A stretch of 58,013 nt of DNA from Octopus sinensis (GCF_006345805.1 NW_021833685.1:1-58013), one strand, 5' to 3'. Shown: positions 1-12,847, numbered from the stretch's first letter. Translations and numbers: made by a program. The notes: generated from the letters alone by a model not told the origin.

Positions 1-207
1 GGCGAATTCAAAATATTACATTATATTATAGGGCTTAGTAAAATAAATTACTTTGCCACATACCGAACTCATTAGAAATAGCAGCTAAAGAAATTTCTTC
101 AGCTATTTCTAATACTTAAAGAAGATCTCTCTCAGATAGTGTTTACCTAAACTAACTCACAAAAGTATGGGGGAAAAAACATTAAAAAATCAAGTGCAAA
201 GGTTATT

Positions 208-259
208 TGAGAACGTACGTTTCTAGATTAGTCAATTCGACATTTCTTTCTTCAGCTCA
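208..259 (-). ncRNA. Inverted copy of the same hammerhead motif
   Basis: Reverse complement of 764-814 with one extra base in the stem II loop. Confidence 0.65.
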
Positions 260-763
260 GAATTCCTTGAATCGGATTTGGGAACACTTAAAGTCGGGAG
301 CACACCCTTTCGGCTTCTAATCACCTATAGAATCCTGCTCGAACTAAAAGTGCTATCAAATTCGAATATGCAAGCGAAGAATTTCTGCTCTCCCCTTTCC
401 ACCAGCGTGGGTTAAAATTGACAAACACCATGTATTAACAGTGAAAACCGTAATATTTTGAATTCGCCTATAATGGTCCCTTTACATACTGAACACTTGG
501 TGAAACTGATTAATAATTAATTAATTTTACCCTCATTGTTGAAATTATAATCATCTCTCTTTGCTAAATTCTGCGGTTTTCACTGTTAATACATGGTGTT
601 TGTCAATTTAACCCACGCTGGTGGAAAGGGGAGAGCAGAAATTCTTCGCTTGCATATTCGAATTTGATAGCACTTTTAGTTCGAGCAGGATTCTATAGGT
701 GATTAGAAGCCGAAAGGGTGTGCTCCCGACTTTAAGTGTTCCCCAATCCGATTCAAGGAATTC

Positions 764-814
764 TGAGCTGAAGAAAGAAATGTCGATTGACTAATCTAGA
801 AACGTACGTTCTCA
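764..814 (+). ncRNA. Minimal type-I hammerhead ribozyme motif (slightly degenerate)
   Basis: TGAG-CTGAAGA-[a AGA..GTC gatt GAC..TCT a]-GAAA-CGTACG-TT-CTCA: stem I TGAG/CTCA, intact CUGANGA and GAAA boxes, palindromic stem III, GUU triplet; the closing pair of stem II is mismatched (A/A). Confidence 0.65.
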
Positions 815-2148
815 AATAACCTTTGCACTTGATTTTTTAATGTTTTTTTCCCCCATACTTTTGTGAGTAGTTTAGGCAAACACTATCTGAGAGATCTTCT
901 TTAAGTATTAGAAATAGCTGAAGAAATTTCTTTAGCTGCTATTTCTAATGAGTTCAGTATGTGGCAAAGTAATTTATTTTACTAAGCCCTTATATATAAT
1001 GTAATATTTTGAATTCGCCTATAATGGTCCCTTTACATACTGAACAATTGGTGAAACTGATTAATAATTAATTAATTTTACCCTCAATTGTTGAAATATA
1101 TATATATATGTATATTTATAAATTTAAATATATATATATATTATGTATATATATATACATATATATTTATATATATATATATATATATGTATATTATAAA
1201 TTATATATATATATATATAGATATGTGTGTGTGTGTATGAATATATATGCTTATATGTGTGTGTGTGTGTGTATGAATACATATGCTTATATGTATGTTA
1301 GTATGTATGCATATATCCTGTTCATAAAAACCTTACTCTTGAGTGTGGGGTTTCTTATCAACGTGTACATGTTATACAACTCGGAATATAACATGAAACT
1401 TTTGTATATGGTATTGAGTGTATTCTATTGAAACTGAAATTTCTTCCATTCTACGCAAGAATGATTGCAGTTGGCAAGTCGGTGCGTTGATGAAAGATCA
1501 AACTCCCTACGATGTGTAGAATGTCGTATTATTCTGTGTTAGTAGCAATGCGATATGCTAATATCCTACGGAACTTCTGCTACCGATCTTTGTACATGTA
1601 AACTGTCATTGCTGATCCGAAGATCAAACATGATACACGTCATGTAATCAAAGACATTCTAGTAATCAAACATCCAGTTTTCTTTTTTTTTCACAAGCTG
1701 CCTCTCAGTTTCTCCATTACCCAATGCGTTATTCCCTCTTTAACATTGCAAAAGAAATTTTTCACGCATGTTTGTTTGTTATTTCTGTTACATCCTCCAA
1801 CTATTAAAACACACATATTTCAGGGTTCCGCAAACGTTCAAAGAAGTTAATGAATACCACGTGACAGTTACGTATATAAAAGTTCCCCATGCTTAAGTAA
1901 AACCAGATCTAGCTTAACTCAGCCGTACAATCGATAGACTTTGATGAAAATGTGTGAATAGATGCCTTAAACGCTTGTAGGCACACCAATTATAGAAGCC
2001 ATGATCTCATATATATATATATATATTATTTATTTATATATGTATATATACATATATATATGCATACATACATATATACATATATAATATATATATATAT
2101 ACATATATACATATATATATATTTATATATGTATATATACATATATAT

Positions 2149-2208
<60 letters not shown>

Positions 2209-2345
2209 ATGTATGCATAAAGACAATAGGCCAGCACGTACATACAAGTATATGTGTGTATTAATGAGGATATACATCCATACATAAATAAACATGTATG
2301 CATATATATATGTATAGGTATGTATATATGTGGTTATATCTCCTT

Positions 2346-2464
2346 ATCTTTTATTTGTTTTAGTCACTGGGCAGCGCCCAAGCTGGGGCAAGGCCTTGAA
2401 GAATTTAGTCGAACATATCGGCCCCATTGATATATTCGATGTAATCGACCTAAACACTTCCCCA

Positions 2465-2465
<1 letters not shown>
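2346..2465 (-). mobile_element. Diverged 3' fragment related to SINE family B
   Basis: cttttatttgttttagtcactgggcagcgcccaagctggggc resembles the family B terminus cttttacttgtttcagtcatttgactgcggccatgctggagc. Confidence 0.45.
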
Positions 2466-2509
<44 letters not shown>

Positions 2510-3558
2510 CATACATACATACATACACATTCATTTGCTTCTTTTGGAATGTGGATATTCGCTTTTGTTAACTGTCTGTATTTGTTTGTGAGTGTTTGTA
2601 CCAGGAACATCATATTCGCGTGAGGCTATCATTACTTTACCAATAAGCAAATAGGTTTTTCAGCCTGGATCTCTTTGACATTTCATTAACACTAATTCTT
2701 TCATTGTTCATCTAAGGAAATTTCGTAAAGGCTGAACCTATTAAAGTCACCTTCAACATTTACATGCATCTAACCAAATGTTTCGCTTTTGCATCCAAAG
2801 CGATTGCTTGGATAACCCTGGAAGGAGGAATTTGACATTTATTTGATCAACAAATATCATAATGAAATACGCCTTCAATCCACCAAATCATAATGTAGAC
2901 ACTTGTATTCCACAAAGGAACATAAATATTACGTTGTGCTACCATTTCAAACAATTATTTTCATCAAAATGAAACACATTTTACTAATGGATATTGCTAA
3001 AAATCTACAAATTTGTAACCTACCAATTGATTTTAATGATAGAAATCACGGTTGTTTTACGTCATTAAGTCAACGGAGAATTTACTTTCATCCATATTCA
3101 TGTTTTCTTACAATCCCAGGCTTTCAGACTAATTGATAGACATCAAACCGGTAGGTTTGTCAAAATAAATAATGTTTTAGAAACGAAATCATAAAATCAT
3201 TTGCAATATATTTGGTATTGCAAAATATCGGATGTCATTTGTATTAACTCATTAAAAATTTTTGTAAGTATCTAAAGTGTTATGAAGGAACAATGAAGTG
3301 ACTATGACTGTTTGCATAAAAAAAATAAACTTCCACAGTCCACCTACTTCTCCATCGCCCATTGTCGTGCTGTATCGCAATATTTAAAGATGTAAATATA
3401 AGCGTTGTACCGGAAGTAATACAAACTGCGCGAAACTATTTTATTAATTGAACTTGGTGGTCCAAATTGAAGATATCGTTTAGAGAAAGTGTTCGTCTTT
3501 AGTAACATCTATTTGTGATGTTATTCATTTCAACCAAATAATGTTCTCCAAGTAGAAA

Positions 3559-3559
3559 C

Positions 3560-3605
<46 letters not shown>

Positions 3606-3797
3606 TGTATGTATGTATGTATGTATGTATGTATGTATGTATGTATGTATGTATGTATGTGTGTGTGTGTGTGTGTGTGTGCGATTGTGTGTGTGTGATT
3701 GTGTGTGTGTGTGTGTTGTGTGTGTGATTGTGTGTGTGTGTGTGTATGTATGTATCTGTCTCTCTCTCTCTATATATATATATATTCATATATATAG

Positions 3798-3850
<53 letters not shown>

Positions 3851-3860
3851 ATATATATAT
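3559..3860. repeat. Compound microsatellite (TA)n/(TATG)n/(TG)n/(TC)n
   Basis: Directly visible simple repeats. Confidence 0.95.
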
Positions 3861-4372
3861 ATTCAACAATATTAAGGAATGGCCCTGATAGGTCATTCTC
3901 GTGGGTCGAATGGCCTATCAGGGCCATTCCTTAATATTGTTGAATTTATATATATATAGTCTGTGACTATTTCTCTTTCTCACTAGACCGCTGGTGGCAA
4001 AAAATTTTATTGCTACCCTTATATTGATTAATTGAGGACTTTTTGGGCTAATTTTGAAATTATGTCAGCAGTTTATATTTGCTGCTGAGAAAATAGCGCG
4101 GTGACGGTGGTTTTTGGAAATTTAGAGTATATAGACTCGAGGCGTCGCTGGTGTCGCCTCGTGGATATATATTTTCCTTGGCTTCTTTGCTGACGAGACA
4201 GGCCAGATGTAAACAAATTTAATTTAATAAAATGGGTTTACCAAAGTGTCGAAACTATGCATAGTCAAAGATGATAAGGGTAAATGTTTTTATTTCTCCT
4301 TTGATTTCAGAATTACAACTATTTAGCGGTTTGAGTTTGACTGCTCTTTCTAGTGGGTCGAATGGCCTATCA
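3861..4372 (+). mobile_element. Penelope-like pseudo-LTR / retrozyme-like unit (family 2), 452-bp period
   Basis: 3861-3898 is the reverse complement of 3908-3945 (one mismatch); gtgggtcgaatggcctatca occurs at 3901-3920 and again at 4353-4372; internal hammerhead; left flank is (TA)n. Confidence 0.7.
4184..4271 (+). ncRNA. Type-I hammerhead ribozyme motif with long stem II and 10-nt palindromic stem III
   Basis: TCTTTG-CTGACGA-GACA...(GTAAAC..GTTTAC)...TGTC-GAAA-CTATGCATAG-TC-AAAGA. Core boxes intact, G-C closed stem II, GUC triplet; the stem I register is off by one nt. Confidence 0.75.
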
Positions 4373-4410
4373 TGGAGCTATGGCAATGTTATGCCTCTAT
4401 ACATCCTCGC

Positions 4411-4793
4411 ACGCATCAAGTAACTGGAATAGGTAGTGGTGTCCTGGTTGAAGAGGGTGGCAGCAGGAAGACCCTATATCTGGCAACATGACTCTGCACC
4501 ATGACACACAAGCAGGAGAACACGCAGTCATGGCTGTCATACAATTTCTGCACCAACACTACCCCAGACTGCAACTCTTTTGATTATTATGTACGGGGCA
4601 CATTTGAGCGAGAGACCAACAAAACCTCCCTGATGAACTGAAAGATGAACTGAAAGCAAGGATTATGGCAGCATTCACCAACTTAAACAAGGATATTTTA
4701 CAGAAAAGTTGGTAAATATATCTGTTAAAATGAAATGAGATGCCCGTGTTATTTTCAATTTCGCATAATTTCGAAGATAGCTTATGCACTGTA
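4411..4793 (+). mobile_element. Tc1/mariner-superfamily transposase C-terminal relic with probable right end
   Basis: Manual translation gives VVVSWLKRVAAGRPYIWQHDSAP*HTSRRT..QSWLSYNF..PDCNSFDYYVRG..ELKARIMAAFTNLNKD, matching the QQDxAPxH and SPDxNPxDY catalytic motifs; ends ...CTG TA; has stops and frameshifts. Confidence 0.8.
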
Positions 4794-5736
4794 ACATGTG
4801 TGAGTGTTTTTGTCAGTGTTCGTGTGTGTGCGTGCGCGCAGCAGAACCAACGGAAAATTATCATCCTTAAAGAAGTCTAACACTTGTAGGAACCAGAATC
4901 CTAATGGACGGCATCAGCGAAACAATGTCAACAAAAGACACAAAATAATTACAAAAAGAAACATAAATAAACACAAGCAGCGCGTACGTTGTATTGTCAG
5001 TTAACTTGCGAATGGCGGACAGGAAGTTTCGTTCAAACTCTACTATAAGTTGCATCTGCCTCTTACAACGAAATTGGATATAATTACGTTTGACATCGTG
5101 ACATTGCTGAAAATCAAACATAGAAAAATATATCGATGCATATAGTGAGAGACTCACAGAAAAATAGAGTGTGGTAGTTTTTGGAACTGAACTAGTTGTT
5201 TTTTACTTTTTTTTTCTAACCGCACAAGTAACTTTCATCCATCCCAATCAATTTCTACTTTACTAAGAAAAAAAAACCCGAAAACAGTATAAAACAAATA
5301 AATTTAAAGATATTTGTAGTCTGTCGGAAGTAACGTTTCATACATGTCTTTCATTCTGAACATTGTTAGTATCTACAACGGCGAGTAATTTTATATTGTC
5401 TAGTACACTTTCTGAAATTTATAACTCAAATTTTCTGTAATGAATGATGGTGTTGTAATAACGTCATAAGTTTTTATTTGATAACTGAAAATACTGATGA
5501 CTCTTTTTGGCATCATATGTGCTAACTTGTCATTTAACATGATTCGTTTAATCGTAATGTACTAGAATCCAAGTATAAATACACAGGAATACATACTACT
5601 AAGAGATGTAAAATGTCTAGGCATAGCATCCATCTTCTCAAATTCTTGAATCAACAATCGTTGATAGAGCGGTAAGAGGGACGTTACATTACTTAATATC
5701 TCTCTGTGATTATTTAGATAGTGCATACATACATGT

Positions 5737-6040
5737 GGAGGCGCAATGGTCCAGTGGTAAGGGCAGCGGACTCGCGGTCGGAGGATCGCGGTTTCGATAC
5801 CCAGACCGGGCGTTGTGTGTGTCTATTGAGCGAAAACGCCTAAAGCCCCACGAGGCTCAGGCTGGGGACGGTGGCGACCCCTGTAGTACTCTTTCGCCCC
5901 AACATTCTCTCACTCTTTCTTGCTGTTTCTTGAGTAACGCTGCGATGGACTGCGTCCTGCCCAGCTGGTGAGAACAGATACACCACAGATACCGAGAAAC
6001 CGGGTCCATGAGCCTGAAAAGGGCGCATAAATAAAATAAC
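5737..6040 (+). mobile_element. tRNA-derived SINE (family C) with V-domain-like tail
   Basis: A-box tggtccagtggtaagg and B-box-like ggtttcgataccc; downstream gctgcgatggactgcgtcctgcccag; A-rich end taaataaaataa. Confidence 0.75.
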
Positions 6041-7142
6041 ATACATATATACATATATATCAGCTTGTGTTTGTGTGTGTATGTGTATGTTTGTGTGTAT
6101 GTGTGTTATAGTATATTACATATACCGACGGTGGTTGTCACATGTTATTCCACAGAAACCCGGGTCCTAAAATATCCTTCATGATAAAATTTATTTAGCA
6201 TTTTCTTCCTTGTCTTATTTTCTTTGTGAGTGCACTAACGTGGATGTCTGTCAAGATATACTATATTAGAATTATTTTGGGGTGTTAATGATCCCATTTC
6301 GTCCCTTGGTTTTCATTTTAATTTTTCTCTCCAATTTTTAAACGCTTAGTAAGAGTAATAATAGGAATTATGTGGCTTTATACCTATATCGGTTAACATT
6401 TTTAAATGCATAAAACACTGGCGTTTTAAATGTATATTTAACAGCAATTTAAATCTATAACACAAACTGATAGCACTTCCTAAAGAAATATGAATGAACC
6501 TATTATCTGTGCCGAAAGTTCATGCACGCATCATGGTCTGTTTCATACGCGTGCGTAGTTCCAATAGGAGAACTTTGCTTATGTCCATTCCATTTAGCAG
6601 TTAATCAGCAGATAGATATTTTCCGTTTCTACGGGGTGGGGGTTGAGGGACGTTGATACGATATAATCATACTTTATAGAATTAACGGCAATAATATAAT
6701 GGTAATCCTCTTAAATATATTGGCTAATGAAATGTAAATTTGACACACTTTATGAAGAAGATATTAAAGTGAGTAATACACTTAGATTAATGTAGAACAT
6801 TTTAGCCTCCTTATATGATTCCCGTGCATTTCAAGTATATCACTACGCGTAACCTTTCACACTTAGAGTATATATCGACAAAAGCTGAGAATGACGCACG
6901 AATATAATTCTAATGTGTTTCGAAGTTCCATAAAATGTGTCTATAACGTCATTACGAAAACCATGAAAGTCAAGTATTATCAAAGCTTCAATCAAAAGCG
7001 TCTAATATAAGAATTGACATGCATTTTATGAGGTAAGGTAAACATGTCTGACATTTCTATAGAGATTTTCATGAACAAGAAAAGAATCAACAGTCTTTGC
7101 ATCGTAAACAAACTGGAAATAATGAGTAATAGAGAAGAGAGC

Positions 7143-7186
<44 letters not shown>

Positions 7187-7611
7187 GAAGAGAGGGGCAT
7201 ATAGATACGAGCGAAAGAGAACAGACGAAAGAGAAACTAAGTTTTAATGGAAGAAAGACTTACTGAACGCTGGTGATTTGGAAAAATAAAACGTAGTAGC
7301 GTGGTTGAGACAACAAATGACAAAAGCAATATAAAATAGATGTGTGAATATATAGCTACAGACAAACACAGAAAACATAGTAGATTTAAGTCGTCTAGTC
7401 ATAGTTTTTCCACATCTTTTGAAAATCTTGTAAAGATCTCTCCTACATTGAAATACAAATCAATCACCAATTACATCACAGATGCTAATTAATGTTCATT
7501 TTCCATACATATACGCGCGTAATTTGAAATTGTCCAGGGTTGTGTAATAATTTTTTTAAAAATCAATCAAATTGAAAGGCGTCTCTTGTTTCATATAGAA
7601 TGTAAGCAATA

Positions 7612-8001
7612 CTCTTTTGCACAAGGCCCGATATTTTGGAGGAGGAGGCCAGTCAATTAGATCGGCCCCCATATGCAACTGGTACTTAATTTATCGACCA
7701 CGAATGAATGAAAGCGTAAAGACAGACGAAATACCGCTATGCATTTCGCCCAGCGTGCTAACATTTTTTTATTTCTTTATTGCCCGCAAGGGGGCTAAAG
7801 ATAGAGAGGACAAACAAGGACAGACAAAGGGATTAAGTCGATTACATCGACCTCAGTACGTAATTGGTACTTAATTTATCAACCCAGAAAGGATGAAAGG
7901 AAAGTCGACCTCAGCGGGATTTGAACTTAGAACGTAACGGCAGATGAAATAATGCAAAACATTTCGCCCGGTGTGCTAACGTTTCTACCAGCTCGCCGCC
8001 T
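7612..8001 (-). mobile_element. Two tandem copies of tRNA-derived SINE family A (7612-7765 internally deleted; 7771-8001 full)
   Basis: Reverse complement matches 23068-23272 (head ggcggcgagctgg.agaaacgttagcac, core tttcatcctttc.ggg.tgataaattaagtacca). Confidence 0.85.
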
Positions 8002-11000
8002 TTTAATACAGCTGTATTGGATAAGGAATGGTCATCTAAGATGCAAAAATCTCATGAGTACGAAGCAAATTCTTGTGAAGCATTCTATTGATATAAATAA
8101 ACGTCATTCCAATCTATCGTGGTTTCGTCTCTCAATAGTATTTCCGAATGCTTTATCATATTTTCCTGGTTACCGGCTCATCGAACAAATATTTGTCACG
8201 AAGAATTTCCATATCTATGGGAATATTTTTTCCAGGCAATTATGTCATTTGAAAATTTATATTGGATGAGTAGATAATTGAGATCAATCGATAGATATTT
8301 TTAAACTTTAATACGTTGTTACGGAAAACCATGCTTTCCTATACATTTCTGATATATGTTTATTATTCGTAATTCATCGATTCATTATTCATATAGAATA
8401 AATATTTAAATGTCACGCTTTGAAGAACACAAATTTTTAAATTGTGGGTATTCTAACAGAAGTTATCATTGTAACGTTAATACTGTCATGAACAAACTAC
8501 AAAATGAATATTTATTTAATAATCATTATTCACCTTACGCCTAATGCATTCTTAAAAATTTCACCGTCTCTAAAATCATTTAATTAATTTCCAAATTCAT
8601 ATGTTGGAAGGACATTAGCTTCTACGCATTTTCAAAATCTTTCTTTGTATCAATACGTACTAATAGCCTAACATGCTATGCCTTACAACCAAAACTAATG
8701 CTCAGCATTTTAATTATGATAAATTGCTTAGTATTCAGACTCGTAGCTTCGCTTCTAGAAAGTTTTAAGATGCGAGCGGAATTTATTCACATTTATATAC
8801 AAATAATTGTTGGACTGTTACATTATATTAGTGAAGATTTGAATTATTTAAAGATATTCTAACTTGAAGCCATGAAAGCTGCTAACATCTACTCAAATGC
8901 TTTCAAACATTTTACTTCATTTTCATATCAATAGATTTAATATGGATTCCAAAATATATGCCTGCGAGTGTTAGACATCTGGTTGTGATCAGACATTACC
9001 AATGTTATTCCTCCGGCATTCTGCAATACGACGGAATTTTATGCATAAAAGGTTCGGTCAGTATGCTTTATTTGAATTTATGGATTGCTAAAGAAATATA
9101 TCGTTAAATTCGTTTCTACATATTTGTTCAGCCTTTCAGATCTGCAAATTTAATCAACACTATTCTAAATCTGATGATATCAGGTGTATTGACGAGGAAA
9201 CATTATCATGGTGTCATTTTAGTCACCTGCATTGATCAGGAACCTTTCATACAAATGTTTGCCTATGAGCCACAATTTGTTGAATGATCCCGGTTTAAGT
9301 TGATATCGGAATATATGCTGGGTGACTGAACGAAATGTGGGAAAATATGACACACTGTGTAATGAAGTCGTTCCATATGTTTCCATCAAAGTGCTGATTA
9401 ATATTGCACCAGTAGTTAAGATGAGGCTGGTAGAAACAACTCATGTTCTTTGCGCAAAATAGTAAGGTGGGAATCATAAGTGGAAAGATAACCCATGATG
9501 CCAGCAATTCTGTTCTGTATCTATCTATATGTATGCGTGTTTCTATGCGTGTTTTAATATCACTATTGAATAAACTGAATGTTATATAATGATCTCTACT
9601 TAAAAAGAAAGATTATTTATGATTTACAACAAATATATTACATACATATTTGGGAACATTAAATTCATCTAAAAAATCAGGAATAGTCAAATTACAAATA
9701 TAAGACCACAATCTAAATTAATCGGTATTTGCAAATTGTCTCTATTTACTTCTTGGTTCAATGATGCGTTCCATACTGCTTATGTTCACTGCGTCAATAC
9801 ACACAGCTGAATAAAGCTGAGATAAATATTTAATGCTAGGTTGTATTTATGACTTTAGAGCAGCGCCACATAGATATATAGATTTATAAAGAAGTACCAA
9901 TAATTAATTAATGATTTTCTTACAACATAAGATATATGGAGAGCGCTGAGTTTAAGTCCAGAATTTAGCGAATTCTTGGTATGTCTTACTGAGGGTTATA
10001 TGAGTTAATTATTGAACACTTTAATTCTTATTTGAACCTTCAGCTGCCAGCCATTATTTTCAATTATAGAATAAATATATTTTCAACATAAATTATTTTT
10101 GTTAGATTACCAGTTGATTTATAATCTACATAACTTTGTCAATGTTTAGTCATTTTCATATGTATAATTCTCATTTTATCAAATATTAGAGGACACTTCA
10201 AGTGGACACTTCCAGATAATTTGTGTGTATATACTGGTTTCTATAGCGTTTAGGGTAGGAGACGGTGTGAGGGGCAAACACTGGTTTCATATTCAGAATT
10301 ATATATGTAGAATAATTTACTCTATTGTCGAGTAATCACTGAAAACTGTGGTTACGTTGAGGAAGTTGAATTTCGAGCCAAAATGACATCTGTTGCAGCA
10401 TTGTGCTGCTACTAGCACTAAGCTGCACTTTCCTGAGCAGTAATTATTGCTAAATGGGCTTGATCATTGAGTCCTGCGTGTTTTGAGCAATGAAAATGGA
10501 TGGAGTGAGGTTGAGTCAGTGTCAAACACTCGACTCATCGGCTGATTTTCTATTATCCTATAATTTGAAACTGTCAAGAATAGTATGATTTTACATCATG
10601 GACCTAATTGTACAAGTTTAAAGTCGTTAAGTTGAAAGAAAAAAATATAATATAGAATTCTCTGATAATGGAGCTAATTAAGGGACGGTATTGTCTTAAA
10701 AATAGTCATGAGACTTCGCATTGTCAATATATATGGTTGCATTGTAAGCTGTATAGCAGTCACCAATTGCGGTAACTGTATGCATTAAGCGACTAGTACA
10801 CAATCGCCTTTATGAATACATTAGTTTGCATATGGAAAGAGTATCATTAAGTATATCTCATACTAATTTTCCATACCGAAAGTAGGGAGAATTCTAGAAG
10901 TGTATACAGGATTGGTAGTATACATATCTTTAGGGTAAATGAAAGAGTCTGCCATGGTAAATGAGTTTCAAATATGGGAATAAATAATAATATATCACAA

Positions 11001-11089
11001 AGAGGATTCATACAGAACACACACACGTTTTAGTTACAGTGTCGTCATCGTTTCTGGAATACATTGAAGAGTACACGAAAGAAATATAC

Positions 11090-11158
<69 letters not shown>

Positions 11159-11160
11159 CA

Positions 11161-12461
11161 CTAGCAGCATAGCCCGGCGTTGCTCGGGTTTGTTTTTTAG
11201 TTGCGCTTAAAACGCGTTGATGTCGCGTTAACGAAGTTTTGACATAGTTTCAATCAATGAATAAAAGTATAGTGTGGCGAATCTTTTCGTTTTGAACGGC
11301 ACTTTTGAACACAATTTCTAGTTAACTAAACACTTTTAAACTTCGTATACTGGTAGAATGTGTTTATAATTATGGGTGATATTTTCATTTGACACCGCTA
11401 GAAAAAAATCCCATTTTCCGTAGCGGTGTCCTATGAAATTTTCACCCATAATTATAACCCTAGTATCGATCTGTTGCATTTCAATCTATTTTAGATTTAG
11501 GGTTAGTGTTAGTTAGCGTTAGGTGTTGGGGAAGGGTATCTTTCTTTCTTCACAAATGTAAATAAACCCAATCTGTTTCTGAAAGGAGGGCCATATTCAT
11601 TATGCACAGAATGTTATTTACCTAAATGGACTCCACCGATTGGTTAAAATTGCCGAACTGCTCGAAATTAAAGACGAAATATCTTACAACCTATAGAATT
11701 TTCTCAATAAAACCAAGAAAAAATGATGTTTTATAAACACATTCTACCAGTATACGAAGTTTAAAACTTTTTAGTTACCTAGAAATTATGTTACAAAGTG
11801 CCGTTCAAAGGGAAAATATCCTAGATCCTATGCTCGAGTTTGCTCTGAGTGTGCTGCAAATGTGTCAGGCCGACTTTAATTGTTGGTATTGTTGGTTACT
11901 ATTCCTTCTATTAACATTATGGACAAAAAAATTACCCGTAGATTTAAAGCAAAACGAAGCTCAAGTTTCGGATTGCACTGAAAATCTATTAAGAAGTTAA
12001 CACTGCAACAGTATTCATTAAGAAAAAGTACAAGAAAATCCAAAACGTTAGTAAGAATAGTTTGTGGTTACAAAAAATGTTATTGTGAAACCAAACGGGT
12101 GGGCAACATGAATAGAATCGACTATTTTACATCACGTATAACTAAAAACATCTGTAAAATCAAAACATACCCATTGAAGGTTTGAAGTAAACATCGTAGA
12201 TAGTAACAGCATGCAGATCGCACTTTTTCTTGTTGAAATACACCGAAACATTGTCAAGAAATTGTAAAAAAAAACCCCACCTATTTGATGTAAATACTTT
12301 TTGGTCTTATCATGGTTAAATTTGATTTTTTTCTTCTACACAAGCTTTCTTCTATCATATTCTCAATGTTGGTCAACTTGCGCCGCAGAGTCTCAGAGGA
12401 GATAGTGTTAGTTGAAGGATACCAAACCTGCTAAACAGACACACACAAACAACTTCAGCTT

Positions 12462-12468
<7 letters not shown>
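11161..12468 (-). mobile_element. Non-autonomous Helitron-like element carrying a nested MITE
   Basis: Minus-strand 3' end ...cccgagcaacgccggg (hairpin) ctatgctgCTAG|T, near-identical to the end at 32439; the other end (acagacacacacaaacaacttcagctttatata) resembles 32827-32863. Right boundary is approximate. Confidence 0.6.
11279..11821. mobile_element. MITE-type DNA transposon with ~90-bp TIRs, internal hairpin and TTAGGG-like tract (Merlin-like family)
   Basis: 11279-11369 is inversely repeated at 11731-11821; internal inverted repeat 11366-11455; the body is homologous to 18043-18449. Confidence 0.8.
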
Positions 12469-12470
<2 letters not shown>

Positions 12471-12530
<60 letters not shown>

Positions 12531-12620
12531 ATGTGTATATTTATATGTATATATATATATATATATATGTCTGTACATATATATATGCTTAAATATATAT
12601 GCATATATACATGTATGCAC

Positions 12621-12654
<34 letters not shown>

Positions 12655-12690
12655 TTACATACATATACATACATACATAATATATGTATG

Positions 12691-12722
<32 letters not shown>

Positions 12723-12790
12723 CGTATATGTTTAACAGATTGGTTTCCGCCATTAACGCCCTAGGGCATGACTAACTCAATGACACCACC

Positions 12791-12847
<57 letters not shown>

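Larger units (their letters stand above)
1..1097 (+). mobile_element. Penelope-like pseudo-LTR element in inverted plus partial-tandem arrangement (family 1), no ORF visible
   Basis: 1-450 is the near-perfect reverse complement of 574-1019; 451-546 is directly repeated at 1002-1097; hammerhead motif in each arm; ends in (TA)n. The left end runs off the window. Confidence 0.7.

Noticed and set aside
5737-5815. tRNA-like sequence
   Set aside because: No proper acceptor stem and it continues into a SINE body; it is a SINE head, not a tRNA gene.
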